A program made the translations under genes and the position numbers. A DNA stretch of 64,000 nt, from contig CBDAOB010000003.1 in assembly GCA_965197905.1 (NCBI GenBank), positions 928,001 to 992,000 of the forward strand, read 5' to 3'. Under the pieces are notes generated by a model. It was not told where the DNA came from and ran no database searches. It saw only the letters and a program-made list of their open reading frames with translations. Shown here one piece after another: positions 61,133 to 64,000 of the stretch; the first letter of the stretch is position 1; every line of letters begins with the position of its first letter. Source of the DNA: Candidatus Latescibacterota bacterium (GTDB taxonomy: Bacteria; Latescibacterota; UBA2968; UBA8231).

Positions 61133-61980
61133 ATGCAACTGTCTCTAAGCGATGACGAAAGCACCGTTCTCTATCTAAACGACATTGCCGCGTCGAAGCC
61201 ACTGTCGCGCCAGCGGGAAGTAGCGCTGGCCGCCCGCATCAAAGAAGGCGACATAAAAGCCCGCGACGAGCTGGTCTGGGCCAACCTGCGCTTTGTCATC
61301 GATGTGGCCACAAAGTACCAGCACCGCGGCCTAGCGCTTCTCGAGTTGATCAGCGCCGGCAATCTGGGGCTGATAACAGCCGCCGAGCGCTTCGACGGCA
61401 CTAAGGGATTCAAGTTCATTTCCTACGCCGTGTGGTGGATCAAACAGTCGATCCTGCAGACCTTAGCGGAGCAGACCCGAACCGTGCGCCTGCCCCAGAA
61501 CAAGGTGGCCCTGCTCCGAAAAATCGCAAGGTATCGCTTCAGCTGGGTCGGGAGCGTGAGGCTGAGCCCGACCTCGAGGGGATTGCGGCGGAGCTGGATA
61601 TGCCGCCCACAGAGGTTTTGGAGACCATGCGGAGTGCGCGTGCGGTGCTCTCGCTGGACTACACCTTTGAAGAAGACGACGATTACAGTCTGCTTACTCG
61701 TCTGGTTGACTCCAGCCAGAAAGCCCCTGACGCCGAGGTCGCGTGCGCTTCGTCTAGGAACCAAGTAGCGGAGATGCTCAACAGCCTCGATGAGCGCGAG
61801 CGGCGAATTATCCAGCTCTACTTCGGGTTGGAGGGGCACGAGACCTTGGGCCTAGAACAAATCGGGGTCTTGATGGGCGTCACGCGCGAGCGGATACGCC
61901 AGATCAAAGAAAAGGCATTTAACAAACTCCGGCGTCCACGATTTGCTCAGGCGCTGCAGGACTCGGTGCAGGAGGTCTAG
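61133..61980 (+). CDS. RpoD/SigA-family sigma factor (short, lacks region 1.1), frameshifted near 61520-61530
   Basis: ANLRFVI, GNLGL..AAERFD, FISYAVWWI, RTVRLP; region 4 VTRERIRQI in another frame. Confidence 0.9.
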
Positions 61981-62042
61981 TACAGCGGAACCCGGATTTC
62001 AAGGTTACCTTATTGGATAATCTGCTTTAAAAGGAAGAAATC

Positions 62043-62939
62043 ATGTCGTTTGCTTTTCCCATCTTGATCCTCTTGGGGATCGTCCTCCTCCTGGTCCTGT
62101 TCACCTACTTCGTGCCCATCGGCCTGTGGATCACCGCCTTCTTCGCCGGGGTGCGGGTCCACATCTTCAAGGACCTGGTGGGCATGCGCCTGCGCAAAGT
62201 GCCGCCCACCGCCATCGTGCGGCCCAAGATCGCCGCCACCAAAGCGGGACTGGACGTGGACTTGGAACGAATGGAAGCCCACTTCCTGGCCGGCGGCCGT
62301 GTTGAGTCGGTGATCCTGGCACTGATCTCGGCCGACAAGGCCAACATCGCTTTAAGTTTTGAGCAGGCCACTGCCATCGACTTAGCCGGCCGCGACGTCC
62401 TGGAGGCGGTCCGGGTCAGCGTCAATCCAAAGGTCATCAACACCCCCTTGATCGCCGCCGTGGCCAAGGACGGCATTCAGCTGAAGGCGACGTGCCGAGT
62501 GACCGTACGGGCCAACATCGACCGGCTGGTAGGCGGCGCCGGCGAGGAGACTATCCTCGCCCGCGTGGCCGAGGGCATTGTGACGACCATTGGCTCATCG
62601 ACGACACACAAGGCGGTGTTGGCGAATCCAGATAGTATCTCAAAGACGGTGCTAGATAAGGGCCTGGACTCGGGCACCGCCTTCGAGATTCTGTCGATTG
62701 ACATTGCCGATGTGGATGTAGGCGAGAATATTGGCGCCAGTTTGCAGACTGCTCAGGCTGAAGCGGATCTGAAAATAGCGCGCGCAAAAGCCGAGGAGCG
62801 GCGGGCGATGGCACAGGCACGGGAGCAGGAGATGACGGCTCTGGTAGTGGAGATGAGCGCGCGCGTCCGAGAGGCGGAGGCCGAAGTGCCGCGGGCTTTA
62901 GCCGAATCCTTTCGCAGCGGCAATTTAGGGCAACTCTAA
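62043..62939 (+). CDS. floA: Flotillin-like protein FloA (YqfA), C-terminus truncated
   Basis: [43 protein letters not shown]; stops after GNLG, lacking the usual MDYY...ADT tail. Confidence 0.9.
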   Translation: MSFAFPILILLGIVLLLVLFTYFVPIGLWITAFFAGVRVHIFKDLVGMRLRKVPPTAIVRPKIAATKAGLDVDLERMEAHFLAGGRVESVILALISADKANIALSFEQATAIDLAGRDVLEAVRVSVNPKVINTPLIAAVAKDGIQLKATCRVTVRANIDRLVGGAGEETILARVAEGIVTTIGSSTTHKAVLANPDSISKTVLDKGLDSGTAFEILSIDIADVDVGENIGASLQTAQAEADLKIARAKAEERRAMAQAREQEMTALVVEMSARVREAEAEVPRALAESFRSGNLGQL

Positions 62940-63054
62940 AGAGCGCTATTCCTCAACGACCGTCCCAGCAAAGTGATCGATTCGGACGAAAGCAACACAG
63001 TCTTCGAACACCTAAGGAATCGATACGCGACGCTAGTCTCGAAGATGATTTTGA

Positions 63055-63453
63055 TCAGATCCAACCCCGCTTGTTCAGCGTCTCCGCAGCGGCGTCTTTG
63101 TGGAGCTTCGATAGACGCTGGGTGGCAAGCACCGCCGAAAACCCTCTCTTCCTACCCCTAGTACACAGATCGATCACCACCATACACGGGTGCCACAGCG
63201 ATTTCGGGTCGTCCATCAGTGCCTTGAGGAACAGCCGCGCGAATCGCACGGGCTCTCCGTTCTTGAGCTCGTAGAGATCGACAATCGCAGATGCGTGGAG
63301 CTCCAGGATCCGTCGCGCCATGCTGCCGGCGACCTTTGGATTCACGTCGATGTCGCCGTCCTTGGCCGCCAGGACATAGTCGCATTTTTCACACAGGGTG
63401 GAAAAGTCGCCTTCGATATCCAGGATGATCTGCTGGATCTTGCCGTGCGTCTG
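63055..63453 (-). pseudogene. Fragment of a HerA/DUF87-like ATPase
   Basis: QIILDIEGDF, RGRKRGFSAVLATQRLSKLHKD; no Walker A; Walker B collapsed. Confidence 0.7.
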
Positions 63454-63575
63454 TAGAAATCGTCGTGATACTCTATAATCCTCAACATTGCAGAACCCGC
63501 TACCCTTTACCTAAGTTGAGGTTTCTAACGGATTTGTAAGATCTGGAAAACCGTGGAGGCTTGCAACCTAACCCA

Positions 63576-64000
63576 ATGCACAGTGAAAAATGCGTGCAGC
63601 TCGACCGCGATGGCTATGTGTTGGTCGAGAACGTATTGCAGGGCGACGATCTCGCACAGCTTCAAGAGACCTGTTACCGAGTCGAACAAGATACGCGAGC
63701 CGACTGGTACGAGAGTATATCCGGTGATCTCGGCTTCAAACCTTACGGCCTGGGGCAAGACGCCCAGGTCGTGTTTCCCATCATCGATCATGACGACTTG
63801 TTCGTGGATCTGCTGGAGCATCCGGTGACGACCGGCATCACACAGCGGATTCAGGGGCCGGATATTATGATGGTGGACAATGCGCTGCACGTGAAGCCGG
63901 CAGGAACACCGGCACATACTAGCTGGCATAGAGACAACGCGATGTGGCAATACGACAACGGTGGTTGGGATGAAGCCAGCAAAAGGCGATGGGAAGAGAT
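63576..64000 (+). CDS. Phytanoyl-CoA dioxygenase family protein, 3' partial
   Basis: Read manually: LDRDGYVLVENVL, LLEHP, HVKPAG, WHRD; open to the window end. Confidence 0.85.
   Translation, partial: MHSEKCVQLDRDGYVLVENVLQGDDLAQLQETCYRVEQDTRADWYESISGDLGFKPYGLGQDAQVVFPIIDHDDLFVDLLEHPVTTGITQRIQGPDIMMVDNALHVKPAGTPAHTSWHRDNAMWQYDNGGWDEASKRRWEE

Overview
Bacterial DNA of roughly 60% GC (by eye) with about 50 genes, mostly accessory catabolism: a sulfatase, an enolase-family dehydratase, three Gfo/Idh/MocA oxidoreductases, four PhyH-family dioxygenases, five glycosidase-like beta-propeller proteins, uxuA, a TPP enzyme, SDRs and a DUF6785-type membrane protein. It also carries def, groES/groEL, an orphan fliG, a sigma70 factor and floA. 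This gene mix and a C-terminal 'TAVExxSWxxVK' motif suggest a Latescibacterota-like organism (inference). I found no rRNA, tRNA, CRISPR array, transposase or integrase. At least six genes are broken by single-base indels, there are several chimeric gene junctions, and one gene has an exact 231-bp tandem duplication, so assembly artefacts are likely. Best novelty candidates: (1) a ~215-nt multi-helix structured RNA between fliG and the sigma factor; (2) an HTH-pentapeptide-repeat protein with a 16-bp palindrome at its predicted transcription start; (3) a secreted temptin-like protein with a CxxCH heme motif; (4) a GAF-like/coiled-coil/NrtS-like/PAS sensor with no output domain; (5) a four-member expansion of an uncharacterised propeller family. 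All family assignments come from recalled motifs; no database search was run.
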